64,000 bases of DNA from a virus (taxonomy: Duplodnaviria > Caudoviricetes), in IMG/VR virus record IMGVR_UViG_3300001528_000378, positions 94,132 through 158,131 of that record; one strand, given 5' to 3'. Under the pieces are notes generated by a model. It was not told the origin of the DNA, searched no databases, and was given only the letters and a program-made list of their open reading frames with translations. This document shows positions 1 through 9,967 of this stretch, in pieces (position 1 is the stretch's first letter; each line of letters opens with the position of its first letter). The translations under genes were made by a program, and so were the position numbers.

Positions 1-141
1 CTCGTCAAAAGGGGAGTACTCCGAAATAGTTATTCCACCAAGTTTGCGCTCCCTTTCTTTCTGGACGTGTAGGTTATATTCCCCCTCGCTATGTGAAATA
101 TGTATATCTAAAACAAAATTATTTTCTAATGCTACTTTCAT
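1..141 (-). CDS. Partial small early protein (MKVALENNFVLD...), runs off the window start
   Basis: ATG at 141 with GGGAGG Shine-Dalgarno upstream; frame stays open to position 1; lies downstream of the promoter array. Confidence 0.6.
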   Translation of the reverse strand, partial: MKVALENNFVLDIHISHSEGEYNLHVQKERERKLGGITISEYSPFDE

Positions 142-752
142 AATACTACCTCCCTTGGTACTCCTATTCCATTATATAATCACACACGCCCCCCCCCATA
201 TGGCGGTTTGTGGCGGATATGATTGTATAATGGAGGGGGTATATTTAACTAGGTTAGGTACTTATATTTTGTACCTTCTATTGTACCCCCCTCCTTTTTT
301 TTTTACATTTATTTCCTTTTTTTAGTGTTTGATTAATTAACAAGGGAAATCACCCCCGCCATCACGGCCTAGGCCTTTTATTTGGTATCATAGTTCTATT
401 TTTGGTACAAACATAATGCAATATCTTATATGATCTCATATATCCTACCTTCACACTAGTATATTGATCCTCCCCTATTATTTTTTGCCGTGCAAAAATA
501 AGTTAGGTTATCACTTTATATTAGATGTTGGGAGTTACTTTTTATGTGCCACATATCCCTTTTTACATTATTTTTGTATCAATTTTTCCAATAGTTATAT
601 TGGTATATTTTTTGATACTTTTCTTAAATTATCAAAGATCCGTATTTTAATTATTTATCATATTTGCTTATCAATCCTAATAATTTGATGCTATCTGGTT
701 ATCATCCATTGATAAACTCTTTATGACTGGTTTTTAAAATACCACTGTATAC

Positions 753-1597
753 ATTATAGCATATTATAATATCATTGTCAATAGTCTTTTAATGATACAT
801 ATGCAAACTAATAAAGATAGATTGTACGACTATATCCGTACCGCTCTCTATATAGGTATACTTGTAAAGATCTATGAGCTCCTTTTAACATTAGCCCCTC
901 GTTTCCTTCATACTTATATTATAGCATATTTTACTACTCTTGTCAATACCTTTTTTATTTTAGAGGTGGTATTTGTTTTCCCCTATACTTATAGCATAGC
1001 ATATTTGGTTTTGATTGTCAAGGCACTTTTCCAAGTCCGTTTGATCTTTACCATCTGCTTTACTATACTTATATGTTAGCAAATTTTGATATTGATGTCA
1101 AGCCCTATTTTTATTCTTTTAGAGGCACTTGCAAATATCTTTTTTGCTCCCTTCATACTTATATTATAGCATATTTTGGAACTAATGTCAAGGCGCTTTT
1201 TCCAAGCCCTTCAATTAATACCCTTCTGCTATACATATATTATAACAAATAAATTTAACATTGTCAAGGGCCTTTTTTATCCCCTTATAATTCCTTATCT
1301 GCTATACTTATATATTAGCATATTTTACGGATTATGTCAAGGCCTTAATTTTAAAACACTTTTTTAATAGTGGTATATTATACCATATTATGATGCTTAA
1401 GTCAATACCCTTTTTTATGTGTTTATTAGCTTACGGCCTGGGCCTCTAATGATATTTTACAATTTTAAAAGACAGATGTCAATAGGTATTTTTATTCTAT
1501 TTTACCCATATCCTATATTTTACCATATTATTAGACAGATGTCAATAGGCTTTTTATCCCATCTTTACATTATATCATATTTGAAGCATTTTGTCAA
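753..1597 (-). promoter_or_regulatory. Tandem array of 11 consensus sigma70 promoters (TTGACA-17bp-TATAAT-like, many with extended -10 TG and A-rich UP element)
   Basis: 29-bp units at 753-781, 918-946, 993-1021, 1073-1101, 1163-1191, 1239-1267, 1312-1340, 1377-1405, 1454-1482, 1517-1545, 1569-1597; all on the minus strand with exactly 17-bp spacers. Confidence 0.9.
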
Positions 1598-2035
1598 GTG
1601 CAGCTCATAGATTCCATTAATACATACTACCATAAAAACACGGAGAAACCCCTAGCAGAATCGTAACTTATCCCTATATTTTAAGGGTTTTTAAAAAGTG
1701 CCCGTTTGTCTGTTTTATATCTATTTTAGGTATTTAATGGAGCATTTCATAGGTTAGTCTTATTATATGTTATCTAATGCAAATTAATTAGATATCTAAT
1801 ACTACAAAAGTTTAGCATCCCCTAGTGATTCCTTAATTTATCCCTATATTATAAGACTTTTCTTATCTAATATAAATTAATTAGTATTAATACAATCTGT
1901 GCCTAATTATGTAAAACATCCTAAAAGCCTCTATTTCATTTTTACCTATATCTACCTACCAGCTATAAATAAAAACCGTTCCTAGGGCATTTTAGGGCCC
2001 TTTACGGGCATCCTAGCAAGCATATCTAATAAATA

Positions 2036-2060
2036 AAAAGGGCACCAATTGGTGCCCTTT
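2036..2060. terminator. Intrinsic terminator hairpin AAAGGGCACC-AATT-GGTGCCCTTT
   Basis: Perfect inverted repeat just downstream of the minus-strand ORF 2081-2242. Confidence 0.75.
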
Positions 2061-2080
2061 AAATAAAACACAATCATACT

Positions 2081-2242
2081 TTATTTGTCATAAATGATCC
2101 AGCTACTTCCCAAATCCCCGGGATCCTTTACCACCAAAACAGAATTATCACAAGTTAGGCCCTTCTTGTAACATACATCCAGCATCTTATTAATACCTTT
2201 ACCTCTTGCCAAAACTAGTCTCCCGTGCTTCTCTCCGTTCAT
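2081..2242 (-). CDS. 53-aa early protein (MNGEKHGRLVLARGKG...), below the ORF-track cutoff
   Basis: AAGGAGGT SD, own promoter at 2270-2298, terminator downstream. Confidence 0.7.
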   Translation of the reverse strand: MNGEKHGRLVLARGKGINKMLDVCYKKGLTCDNSVLVVKDPGDLGSSWIIYDK

Positions 2243-2269
2243 ACCCTACCTCCTTTATGTATTTATTAT

Positions 2270-2538
2270 ATCCTAGCATATTATTAGATAGATGTCAATA
2301 TGTATATTTAATAACACAATGTTTTATACCATATCCTACAATGCCCTTTAATTAAGCAAAATTGCCCCTTCCTGCGACTTTTATTTGTAGCTGGTACCTG
2401 TATACCCCTCAAATCGTTATAGAGCGTTTTGATGTGTCTGCATATATATTATACCATATTAAAACTTATATGTCAATATCCTTTTTACATCCCAGATTGG
2501 GGGCTTTGCATTATACCATATTATCTCGCACCAGTCAA
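2270..2538 (-). promoter_or_regulatory. Three more leftward sigma70 promoters
   Basis: TTGAC(A/T)-17-TA(T/G)(A/G)AT at 2270-2298, 2448-2476, 2510-2538. Confidence 0.75.
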
Positions 2539-2974
2539 TACCTATTTTTAACATACGCTAACATCTAAAACTCTTTACGCCTAATATCACCTCATCACAC
2601 GCTAGCATTGCTAGTAAAGCTAATTATCCCTATTTTTTAAGCATTTTTGCCCCTTAATGCTATTATATCCCACTCCACATACCACTGTATAGCCCTTGCT
2701 CCAAAAACTTGATATAAAGCATTATAGCACGCTTGGCAGCCACCACAGTTTTCCCTATATGGCCGCTTTCCCCCGCTTGCCAAAATTAAGAGTAGCGGAT
2801 ATAGACCGATGAAAGTGGGTTATCAGATACCAAAAATTCTATTTTTAAATTTTGGAAAAAATTTTGCAATACCAACCACAAAAAAAATTATAAAAAATTT
2901 TTTACAACTTTTTCTACAATAATAGGGTCTAACTGAAACTGAATTAGACCTTTAATTATTCATTTTGAGATATA

Positions 2975-3661
2975 TTATTTAGGCACTATACTTAACTGTG
3001 TTCTAGTTTGTATATCTTCAAGAATTTGTCTACATATGGGAGTTATATCCGACTCACTAACAATCTGCTGTTTATTAATTCTATTATAAATAGTTGAGTA
3101 TGTTATACCCGTTTTTCTAGCTATATCACAAACGGGTAATAATTCTCCCAGGTATAGATATTTCTTCCCCCAAGCATTTCTATTGTTCATATTCTCTTTA
3201 TGTGAGACCCAATGACAGTTATCTGGTGTATAGTTCCCATTGTTATCGATTCTATCTAATTCTAAGTTATCTGAGTAGCCTGTTATTTCTGCCCATGATT
3301 TAAACACCTTATATCCATCTACTTTATCTAACCACTCGGAGCAAACCTGTATACCTCTACCGCCATATCTTTCATAGTTAATATTATTTGGGTTTGTACA
3401 TCTATCAATCATCTTGTACCAGATTCCGTAAAGCCTTTCGTAACTCTTACCTCGTAGTTTATTACAACCACAATTAAGTTTATGTTTTAGATAATAAATA
3501 CTGGTTGTAAATTTATTCCCGCATTTACATTGGCATAGAACGGTATAATTGACCACATCTACATATAGTATTATTACATCTCCAAATTTAGCCCCTATCG
3601 TTATATCAGATAGGTAGATTGATTTATATTTCTTTACATTTGTGTTAACTTCACCACTCAT
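2975..3661 (-). CDS. HNH homing endonuclease-like protein
   Basis: WxxMxxRC...YGGRGIxVCxEW...LDRIDNNGNYxPxNCxW signature. Confidence 0.85.
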   Translation of the reverse strand: MSGEVNTNVKKYKSIYLSDITIGAKFGDVIILYVDVVNYTVLCQCKCGNKFTTSIYYLKHKLNCGCNKLRGKSYERLYGIWYKMIDRCTNPNNINYERYGGRGIQVCSEWLDKVDGYKVFKSWAEITGYSDNLELDRIDNNGNYTPDNCHWVSHKENMNNRNAWGKKYLYLGELLPVCDIARKTGITYSTIYNRINKQQIVSESDITPICRQILEDIQTRTQLSIVPK

Positions 3662-3855
3662 ATTTTTATTCTCTCTTATAACTTATTTACATAATTCTTT
3701 AAACTATCTTTAACTTCTTGAATATTTCCTAATAACCTACTATTTTAATACAATTAATTGTTTTATATAACCATAGTCTAATGTAATATACAGCATACTT
3801 CCTTTATCAACTATGGAAATATTATCAATAGCGCCTTTATACTTATAATTTAGAA

Positions 3856-4368
3856 TCATACATTTAATTCTTTCTTTACATTTCCTATATAGTTAATTAA
3901 TTCTTGGTCTGAAATTATCTGATAATCCCACACATCTATGCCTACATTGATGTTTAGTATCTTACTATTCTTATCATAATAGTGTTTCCATAGATTATGT
4001 ACATGACCACATATATGTATTGGTAGTTTATTCTGTGAGTTTGTAATTGATGGATAATGAGATGCACTTACTTGATATTGTCCCAATGTGGTTATTATTA
4101 AATCTGCCACCGAACTTACTTTATTATTTTTATCATGATTTCCTTTTATATTTATAAAAATTGGACTTATCTGATTTATATAGTAGTCTTCTTTACACCC
4201 AAACACAAAATCACCCAAGTGTATTAGAGTATCATTGGTAGATGTAGTATTGTTAATGGTATCTATTAGTTCTGCATCCATTTGTTTGGTATCTATAAAG
4301 GGTCTATTGCAATACTTTATGATATTTGTGTGATTAAAGTGTAAATCAGATGTCCAAAATCTATTCAT
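3856..4368 (-). CDS. Calcineurin-like metallophosphoesterase
   Basis: SDLHFNH, HLGDF, GNHD, HYP, GHVH motifs. Confidence 0.9.
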   Translation of the reverse strand: MNRFWTSDLHFNHTNIIKYCNRPFIDTKQMDAELIDTINNTTSTNDTLIHLGDFVFGCKEDYYINQISPIFINIKGNHDKNNKVSSVADLIITTLGQYQVSASHYPSITNSQNKLPIHICGHVHNLWKHYYDKNSKILNINVGIDVWDYQIISDQELINYIGNVKKELNV

Positions 4369-4381
4369 AATATTTAAAATA

Positions 4382-4735
4382 CTACCTATTATATAAACTA
4401 GATAGTCTATTGGTAAGTTCTGTTAAAGACTCAAAGAACTCATTATAAGGAAGTAAAGAATCAGATAGAGGCTCTCTTAAATAGTAGATTTCTTTACCAG
4501 AATTGTAATTATGATAGATGTCCAAAATAAGTTCTGGCTTTATGGATTCTTTACTCTCTGTATCATAAGCATAATACTTACCTATGATACTCACAGTAGA
4601 TAGTAAGTCCTCATTATGATAAGTAAGATGATTATGGTTATTTGTATAAGAATATAACTCAAACTTATCTAACTTCTTAACCATCTTACAAATTAATGAT
4701 TCAATATATTTATAATCAACTTTAGTCTTAGTCAT
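4382..4735 (-). CDS. Hypothetical protein
   Basis: ORF in a tightly packed operon. Confidence 0.6.
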   Translation of the reverse strand: MTKTKVDYKYIESLICKMVKKLDKFELYSYTNNHNHLTYHNEDLLSTVSIIGKYYAYDTESKESIKPELILDIYHNYNSGKEIYYLREPLSDSLLPYNEFFESLTELTNRLSSLYNR

Positions 4736-4736
4736 A

Positions 4737-5129
4737 TTATTTTTTCTGTAATAGGCTAATTACTTTGTTATTTGCCTCTTCATATGTGCAAAATACTCTG
4801 TCTTTTTTGTAAACATCAATATTATTGGCTTTTACATCTCTAAGACAGTAATTATAGTCATCATGTGCAACATAGTATTTGGTATCAATAAAGATATTTG
4901 GATATTCACCCAATACTACATACATCTTCCACTGTGTATCGTTTACTTCATTATCTGGAGTCATTCTGGTGAAACAAATAGATTTAATATCATTTAATTT
5001 ATCACACATTTTTAATGCTCCTGATTTGGTATAGCAGGAATATACTTCCACAGTATCCGCAAATCCAACAGTTAAAAACTTATTACTGATGAGACTATAG
5101 TACACCTTGTATTTTTTATTCAAAAACAT
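4737..5129 (-). CDS. Hypothetical protein
   Basis: AAGGAGAG SD; operon context. Confidence 0.6.
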   Translation of the reverse strand: MFLNKKYKVYYSLISNKFLTVGFADTVEVYSCYTKSGALKMCDKLNDIKSICFTRMTPDNEVNDTQWKMYVVLGEYPNIFIDTKYYVAHDDYNYCLRDVKANNIDVYKKDRVFCTYEEANNKVISLLQKK

Positions 5130-5416
5130 ACACTCTCCTTAAAAAATATTGATAAAAACCATCCCTACAAACCCAACTAATAAAGATCCTACAACTACAG
5201 TTGCTCCAGCTAATAAAAATTCCATATTAAATGCCTACCTTATCCGCCGGAGTAAAGGTAAATAAAGTAGTACGATATTTACCACGTTTAAGTAATGCTC
5301 TGGAAGCTCTGTAAATTCTAGTTTTATTCTTTTTCATATCATATCTCCTTGTTTATAAATATAGTATAGCAAATATTCGTTCCTTTGTCAAGTCTAAAAT
5401 TAAATTCCCCTTTTGA

Positions 5417-5677
5417 TTATTTATCATTATATTGGTCTAACAGCCTTTTAAGTTCATTCTTTGCCTTATTTATGGCTGATTTCTTGTCCAAAAACAAGTA
5501 GGGATGGTCTTTTTCAGTAAAATAGTCCACACAACCATCGTCAAAAATAACTGTTACACCCTTTTTATCTGTATCTTCCTCTATTATGTCTACTTTTACC
5601 TCTGAAATTGAGAAATTTACCCCTAAATAGTACAGTTTTTGACCATTTTTAAGCGTTTTTGCATCATTTTTTGTCAT
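5417..5677 (-). CDS. Hypothetical protein
   Basis: GGAGG SD; start overlaps the upstream gene's end. Confidence 0.6.
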   Translation of the reverse strand: MTKNDAKTLKNGQKLYYLGVNFSISEVKVDIIEEDTDKKGVTVIFDDGCVDYFTEKDHPYLFLDKKSAINKAKNELKRLLDQYNDK

Positions 5678-6518
5678 TTTGGAAGTCCTCCCTATGGCTT
5701 GATATATCGTCGTATTTATAGGTTAAACCTTGGAATTTTACCTTATTTTCCTCTAAAAAACACACTTTTTTCTGTTTTTTACTGTGTTTTTGTATATATT
5801 TCCTAACTTCTGGGTCTAAACTATATATGAAGCACTTATTTTTGTTCACCCTATGTCTTATTCTATTATACTTTTCTGGAAATATAAGAGGATAGCAGGT
5901 TAATAGCCACTTATTCTTTGGTAATAATCCCATTTTTAGAAATTTATCCCGATTTGACTTAATAAGTTTTCTTATACGCCCACTTGGAACCAGCCTTCCA
6001 GCATAATCAATAAAATTTAATATCCTCACAAGTCTGTAATCTGTCAAATATAACATATATAACTGATATATTGCTATGCTCACCCCCTTAAACTCTGGCA
6101 TATCTGACTTATCAGTTTTTATTACTGGGGATATGTTAACACACCTATTAACTTTTGTTTTAGAAAATACTTCATCCACTAGGGAGTTCACATTTGAAAT
6201 GGTATCATAAACCGCTTGTGCCCCATACCTTATATACAGACCTGTATGATACAAATGTGCTCCTTCATCCACCACTACAATCCTTGATTTAGATGATGCT
6301 TCTTTGGCTGTTGATATTAAGTCAAAAGTTTCATTTCTTCTTTCTTCTTGAACTACAAATAAAATAACTTCTGGTTTATATATTTTACAAAATCTAATTA
6401 AAGATTCCTTATCACCACAAGAACCTATAAAAAAAAGTTTACTCTTATCAATGTCCATCGTGATAAGAGTTCTCAATAATTCTTTCTTGCAAACAAGTAA
6501 TAGCGATTTAGAATCCAT
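5664..6518 (-). CDS. Protein with degenerate response-regulator receiver (REC)-like N-terminus and basic C-terminus
   Basis: Pattern KSLLLV...KPEVILF...SRIVVV...GAQAVY resembles the REC alpha/beta order; phospho-acceptor residues not conserved. Confidence 0.45.
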   Translation of the reverse strand: MDSKSLLLVCKKELLRTLITMDIDKSKLFFIGSCGDKESLIRFCKIYKPEVILFVVQEERRNETFDLISTAKEASSKSRIVVVDEGAHLYHTGLYIRYGAQAVYDTISNVNSLVDEVFSKTKVNRCVNISPVIKTDKSDMPEFKGVSIAIYQLYMLYLTDYRLVRILNFIDYAGRLVPSGRIRKLIKSNRDKFLKMGLLPKNKWLLTCYPLIFPEKYNRIRHRVNKNKCFIYSLDPEVRKYIQKHSKKQKKVCFLEENKVKFQGLTYKYDDISSHREDFQNDKK

Positions 6519-6738
6519 GTGTTTTATTTAATGAAAAATATTTACAGATTTGAATTACATTATAAAAGAAAATGCTTCCATCATCCTTTAATTTATTTTC
6601 TTTTATCAAATTCCAAACAGATATTAAGTTATAGCCACAAGAAGAAAAATAATCCTGAAGTAATTTATGCACTTCCTCAGACTTCAAAATTAAATCCTCC
6701 GATGTAAGTATTTTAGTTTCTAAAATTTCTTGTGTCAT
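6508..6738 (-). CDS. Hypothetical protein
   Basis: Overlaps neighbouring start/stop codons. Confidence 0.55.
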   Translation of the reverse strand: MTQEILETKILTSEDLILKSEEVHKLLQDYFSSCGYNLISVWNLIKENKLKDDGSIFFYNVIQICKYFSLNKTHGF

Positions 6739-7247
6739 AGTTTTAATTCCTTAATATACATAGATGTCAATTCACTAGAACATCTACTAACTGCTCTATC
6801 CCAAACTCTCTGTGGAAATCCATGATGAAGTTTTCCTGCTGGTCTTATAACCTTAACTGGATGGTCTAGACTATTTGTTACTTCCATAACCCCATAGGGA
6901 GTTCCTTCTACAACCCTAAATACGTCTTTAATTAATCTATTTTCTACTGCATAGAATAATCTGTTTGGCATCATTTTATAAACTGTGTTTTGCAACTTCT
7001 TACCAGGATTAATCAGTTCATTTAAATAAAGTGTATGCTTACTATCTTTTGATTTAAACTCATGCTCAAAATCTTCTAATGATGTCTTAATTTCCACTTC
7101 AATAACGTCATTTGGTGTGGCTGCGACCACATCTGCAAAATAATTAGATAAAACACCAACCTCTGTTGCTACTAATGGAAAATGACGAATGTACCTATAA
7201 TAGTACATTACTAAACCTTTTATTTCTATTGAAGTTAGTTTATTCAT
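6735..7247 (-). CDS. MmcB-like PD-(D/E)XK nuclease
   Basis: ATEV...ADVVA...IEVEIKTSxxDF...PNRLFYAV. Confidence 0.7.
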   Translation of the reverse strand: MNKLTSIEIKGLVMYYYRYIRHFPLVATEVGVLSNYFADVVAATPNDVIEVEIKTSLEDFEHEFKSKDSKHTLYLNELINPGKKLQNTVYKMMPNRLFYAVENRLIKDVFRVVEGTPYGVMEVTNSLDHPVKVIRPAGKLHHGFPQRVWDRAVSRCSSELTSMYIKELKL

Positions 7248-7257
7248 AAAATAAAAA

Positions 7258-7331
7258 TGCCCTCGGCGGGATTTGAACTCACAACCTTCTCCTTAGGACG
7301 GAGCTGCTCTATCCAGTTGAGCTACGAGGGC
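7258..7331 (-). tRNA. tRNA-Arg(CCT)
   Basis: Cloverleaf with acceptor GCCCTCG/CGAGGGC, anticodon loop GT-CCT-AA, T-loop TTCAAAT. Confidence 0.85.
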
Positions 7332-7341
7332 TTAAATCATA

Positions 7342-7423
7342 TACCCAGAGAGGGACTTGAACCCTCATGGATTGCTCCATACGCTCCTAAGGCGTACGTG
7401 TCTACCAATTCCACCATCCGGGC
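7342..7423 (-). tRNA. tRNA-Leu(TAG)
   Basis: TGGTGGAATTGGTAGACAC D-arm, loop CT-TAG-GA, long variable arm. Confidence 0.9.
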
Positions 7424-7495
7424 AAAAATAATTAATATGGTTAAATCCTTATTAATAATATACCATATTAATTTTAACTTGTCAAGTAATATTTT

Positions 7496-7582
7496 GTGTC
7501 GTTGCCAGAATCGAACTGGCTCAATCGTCCTACGTTATAAACATCATCGGACATTTGCGTGCTACCATTACACCAAACGACT
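7496..7582 (-). ncRNA. tRNA-like RNA copy 1; anticodon arm replaced by a kink-turn-like hairpin
   Basis: Acceptor GTCGTT/AACGAC, D-arm GTGT-AATGGTA-GCAC, T-arm GCCAG-TTCGATT-CTGGC, central GTCC-GAT-GA-TGTT-TAT-AACG-TA-GGAC. Confidence 0.8.
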
Positions 7583-7586
7583 AAAA

Positions 7587-8042
7587 CTATAAAATGTTAA
7601 TACAGTATGCCAAACAGATATCTAAAAAAAATGCAACAAGATTTGCTGATACTACATCTAATGGCCAGTGTGCTTTTACATATACTCTAGTCCATGCACA
7701 AGCCCAAGCAAGTAATATAAATGGTATGCACACCCATAATGGCTTTACAAAAAATAAAACATAATATGCTGGTAGGGCTGCACTCATTGCATGCCCAGAC
7801 AAAAAACTCTCCCCATCTTTATGTGAATATCCATGAATATAAAGTACATGCTCTTTTGAATCACGTGGTCTTGGTGCGTCAAAAATACCTTTAAGTATTT
7901 GTACAATTATATTACCAATAAGATAAACAACTACAAAATAAACTAGCTCTCTTACCCCACGTAAGAAATAAATAACTGGGAGTGCAGATACTGGTAATAG
8001 TATGGTTAGAACATCACCCAATTTTTTAATAATATTTTTCAT
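7587..8042 (-). CDS. PAP2-family membrane phosphatase
   Basis: KxxxxxxRP, SGH, RVxxxxHWxxDV motifs; hydrophobic helices. Confidence 0.9.
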   Translation of the reverse strand: MKNIIKKLGDVLTILLPVSALPVIYFLRGVRELVYFVVVYLIGNIIVQILKGIFDAPRPRDSKEHVLYIHGYSHKDGESFLSGHAMSAALPAYYVLFFVKPLWVCIPFILLAWACAWTRVYVKAHWPLDVVSANLVAFFLDICLAYCINIL

Positions 8043-8049
8043 AAATTAG

Positions 8050-8160
8050 AATGCCTGTTTGTGGTCACTGGAACAGGCAATCCAGCAAATAAGGTATGGA
8101 GGTGCTCTACCCTGACCAGTAAGACTCGTACTACCTAGTTTTAAGTAGCGAACGTCCTAC
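8050..8160 (-). ncRNA. Unassigned structured RNA with pseudoknot in the tRNA-Pro trailer
   Basis: GTAGGAC/GTCTTAC hairpin; TGGTCA/TGACCA; CTGGA/TCCAG hairpin whose loop TGCCTGT can pair with downstream ACAGGCA. Confidence 0.5.
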
Positions 8161-8167
8161 AAATATA

Positions 8168-8239
8168 TCAGGAACGTGGGCACTGCCCCCACCCCATTCG
8201 GCCCCAAACCGAATATGCTACTGTCAACACCTGTTCCTG
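8168..8239 (-). tRNA. tRNA-Pro(TGG), atypical D- and T-loops
   Basis: CAGGAAC/GTTCCTG acceptor; TTCGG-TT-TGG-GG-CCGAA; T-loop GGCAGTG. Confidence 0.8.
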
Positions 8240-8304
8240 TAAATAAAACAACATATCTTGTAAATCTATAACAACATACTACAATATTTTTAGAACATTG
8301 TCAA

Positions 8305-8874
8305 CTACTTTTTTATAACTTTAAATCTATCCCAATCAACACGTACTGGAGTTGAATGCTCTTCTGTTGCCTCAAGAGACTTACGGAGTTTATCTTCTGG
8401 GGATAAAGTTTTATCTTTACTCAACCAATACAAAGCACCTTTTGCAAAATCCATACCACAACCAGCTTCATCATAGCCTCTTGTATCCTCTAACACAGAG
8501 AAGTCTGCTTGTACATGATATAGTTTGCCCTTATAACCCAAAAGGAAATCACCACCGGTTTTCTTACCATTCTCACTGTGGGTATGTTCCGTAGACAAAA
8601 ACCCCGAACAATCAAAGGTTCGCATAATAGATGGTATAACCATCTTAACTAAATATTGTAAATCATCTGTGCAAGTTTTTGGCCTCTTTGGTTGTTTCCA
8701 ATCGTATTGCAAAATTTGTCCCATCCTAAATGATCCACAATAACCAACAATAAAGTCACCATTAACAAACACTTTTTGATTATTATAGTGTAAATCGGAG
8801 TAGCCATCAGAACCCATATGGTCTCCCGCCATATACACGTGTTTCTTTTCAACAAAACCAACTATACAAGTCAT
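8305..8874 (-). CDS. HslV/proteasome-beta-like Ntn hydrolase
   Basis: N-terminal M-T-C-I-V-G, MAGD, KVF, GYCGSFR, GCG motifs. Confidence 0.8.
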   Translation of the reverse strand: MTCIVGFVEKKHVYMAGDHMGSDGYSDLHYNNQKVFVNGDFIVGYCGSFRMGQILQYDWKQPKRPKTCTDDLQYLVKMVIPSIMRTFDCSGFLSTEHTHSENGKKTGGDFLLGYKGKLYHVQADFSVLEDTRGYDEAGCGMDFAKGALYWLSKDKTLSPEDKLRKSLEATEEHSTPVRVDWDRFKVIKK

Positions 8875-8991
8875 TTTGCACCTCTATTATACGGATTATT
8901 CAACACTGACAAATTGTACATTACTATACAGGAGTAAGTCCATGTAACAATATATTCAATAAATAGTTTTTGTCATAAAGATACTCTGGTT

Positions 8992-9160
8992 TTTGAAACG
9001 TGGTTGCCCAGAAAACACGAAGCCGTAGCTTTAGGATACCGTAGCCTATCGTTGCGTTCACTTAACGACCTGATCGCACCTCAGCCCGGGCCGTATGGTG
9101 TACCAACCTCTAGAACTAATAAAATTATACGGAAGACGGAGGTGCTAAACAAGCTCTAAC
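8992..9160 (-). ncRNA. Unassigned structured RNA in the tRNA-Ser trailer
   Basis: GC-richer non-coding stretch; GCACCTC/GAGGTGC and CCGTAT/ATACGG stems. Confidence 0.45.
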
Positions 9161-9184
9161 TAACTAACTATATTCCTATAAATA

Positions 9185-9281
9185 TGGCGGTGAGGGTGGG
9201 ATTCTAACCCACGAACGAGAGTATTAATCCCGTTGCTGAGGTTCAAGCTCAGTGCGATAAAACAGGCTCCGCCACCTCACC
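9185..9281 (-). tRNA. tRNA-Ser(TGA)
   Basis: CTGAG-CT-TGA-AC-CTCAG, long variable arm, encoded GCCA end. Confidence 0.88.
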
Positions 9282-9599
9282 AAATTAACAATAGTGTCTG
9301 CGTTTCTTGTGGTCACTCTTCTTATTTTTACTTTTGTATGTTGGTAATTGACTATCACAGTTTGAACATAAATAAAACTTATTTTTATTTTTCCTTCTTT
9401 GAAATCTATATAGAGTTTATACCTTTTACATTCTTTGCAAAGTTCGGCCTCTGTATACCTTATTCCACATCCTTTGCATAAACGTGTATGATGCCTACAT
9501 GATTTTGCTGTACTACCTGTATACCATATTCTTTCTTTTTTCGGTTTTGATTTCTTATTTATAACTGATATCAAAACACGGTTTAACTTATTTATATAG

Positions 9600-9963
9600 A
9601 AATCAAACCCTAAATATTCTATACTACGTTTTCTAATAAGGTTTATACTTTCTGGTTTTTGTTTTCTCTTATGAGCACATTTTTGTGAACAAAACTTACC
9701 AGACCCAAACCATTCTGATACCAGTTTTCCACATGACTGGCAAGTATAGGCACAATTCTTTTTCTAAAACTAATCAGGTGTGTCTTATAAGACCCACCCT
9801 GCGCTGTTACTTCCTTCCCACAACATTCGCATATCCTTGTTCCATACACTACTGGTTTGTGTATACTCTTAACGTGATTCGCCACATCTGTTGAACGTTC
9901 AAATAATATGCCACAATATTTACATTTATACGTATTTACAAAATAAAACCAACATGCTTCCAA
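9600..9963 (-). pseudogene. Frameshifted zinc-finger homing-endonuclease remnant
   Basis: CKYC..H..H and CECC fingers; another frame continues CQSCGK...GSGKFCSQKCA. Confidence 0.5.
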
Positions 9964-9967
9964 AAAT

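Noticed and set aside
753-1597. CRISPR array
   Set aside because: Conserved parts are -35/-10 boxes, not identical palindromic repeats; no cas genes in the window.
44-2568. Plus-strand ORFs in the promoter region
   Set aside because: No RBS, low-complexity Ile/Leu/Tyr/Phe composition, antisense to the promoters.
8050-8130. Theta (minimal HDV-like) ribozyme
   Set aside because: Only ~5 nt lie between the putative P2 and P1', leaving no room for P3/L3.
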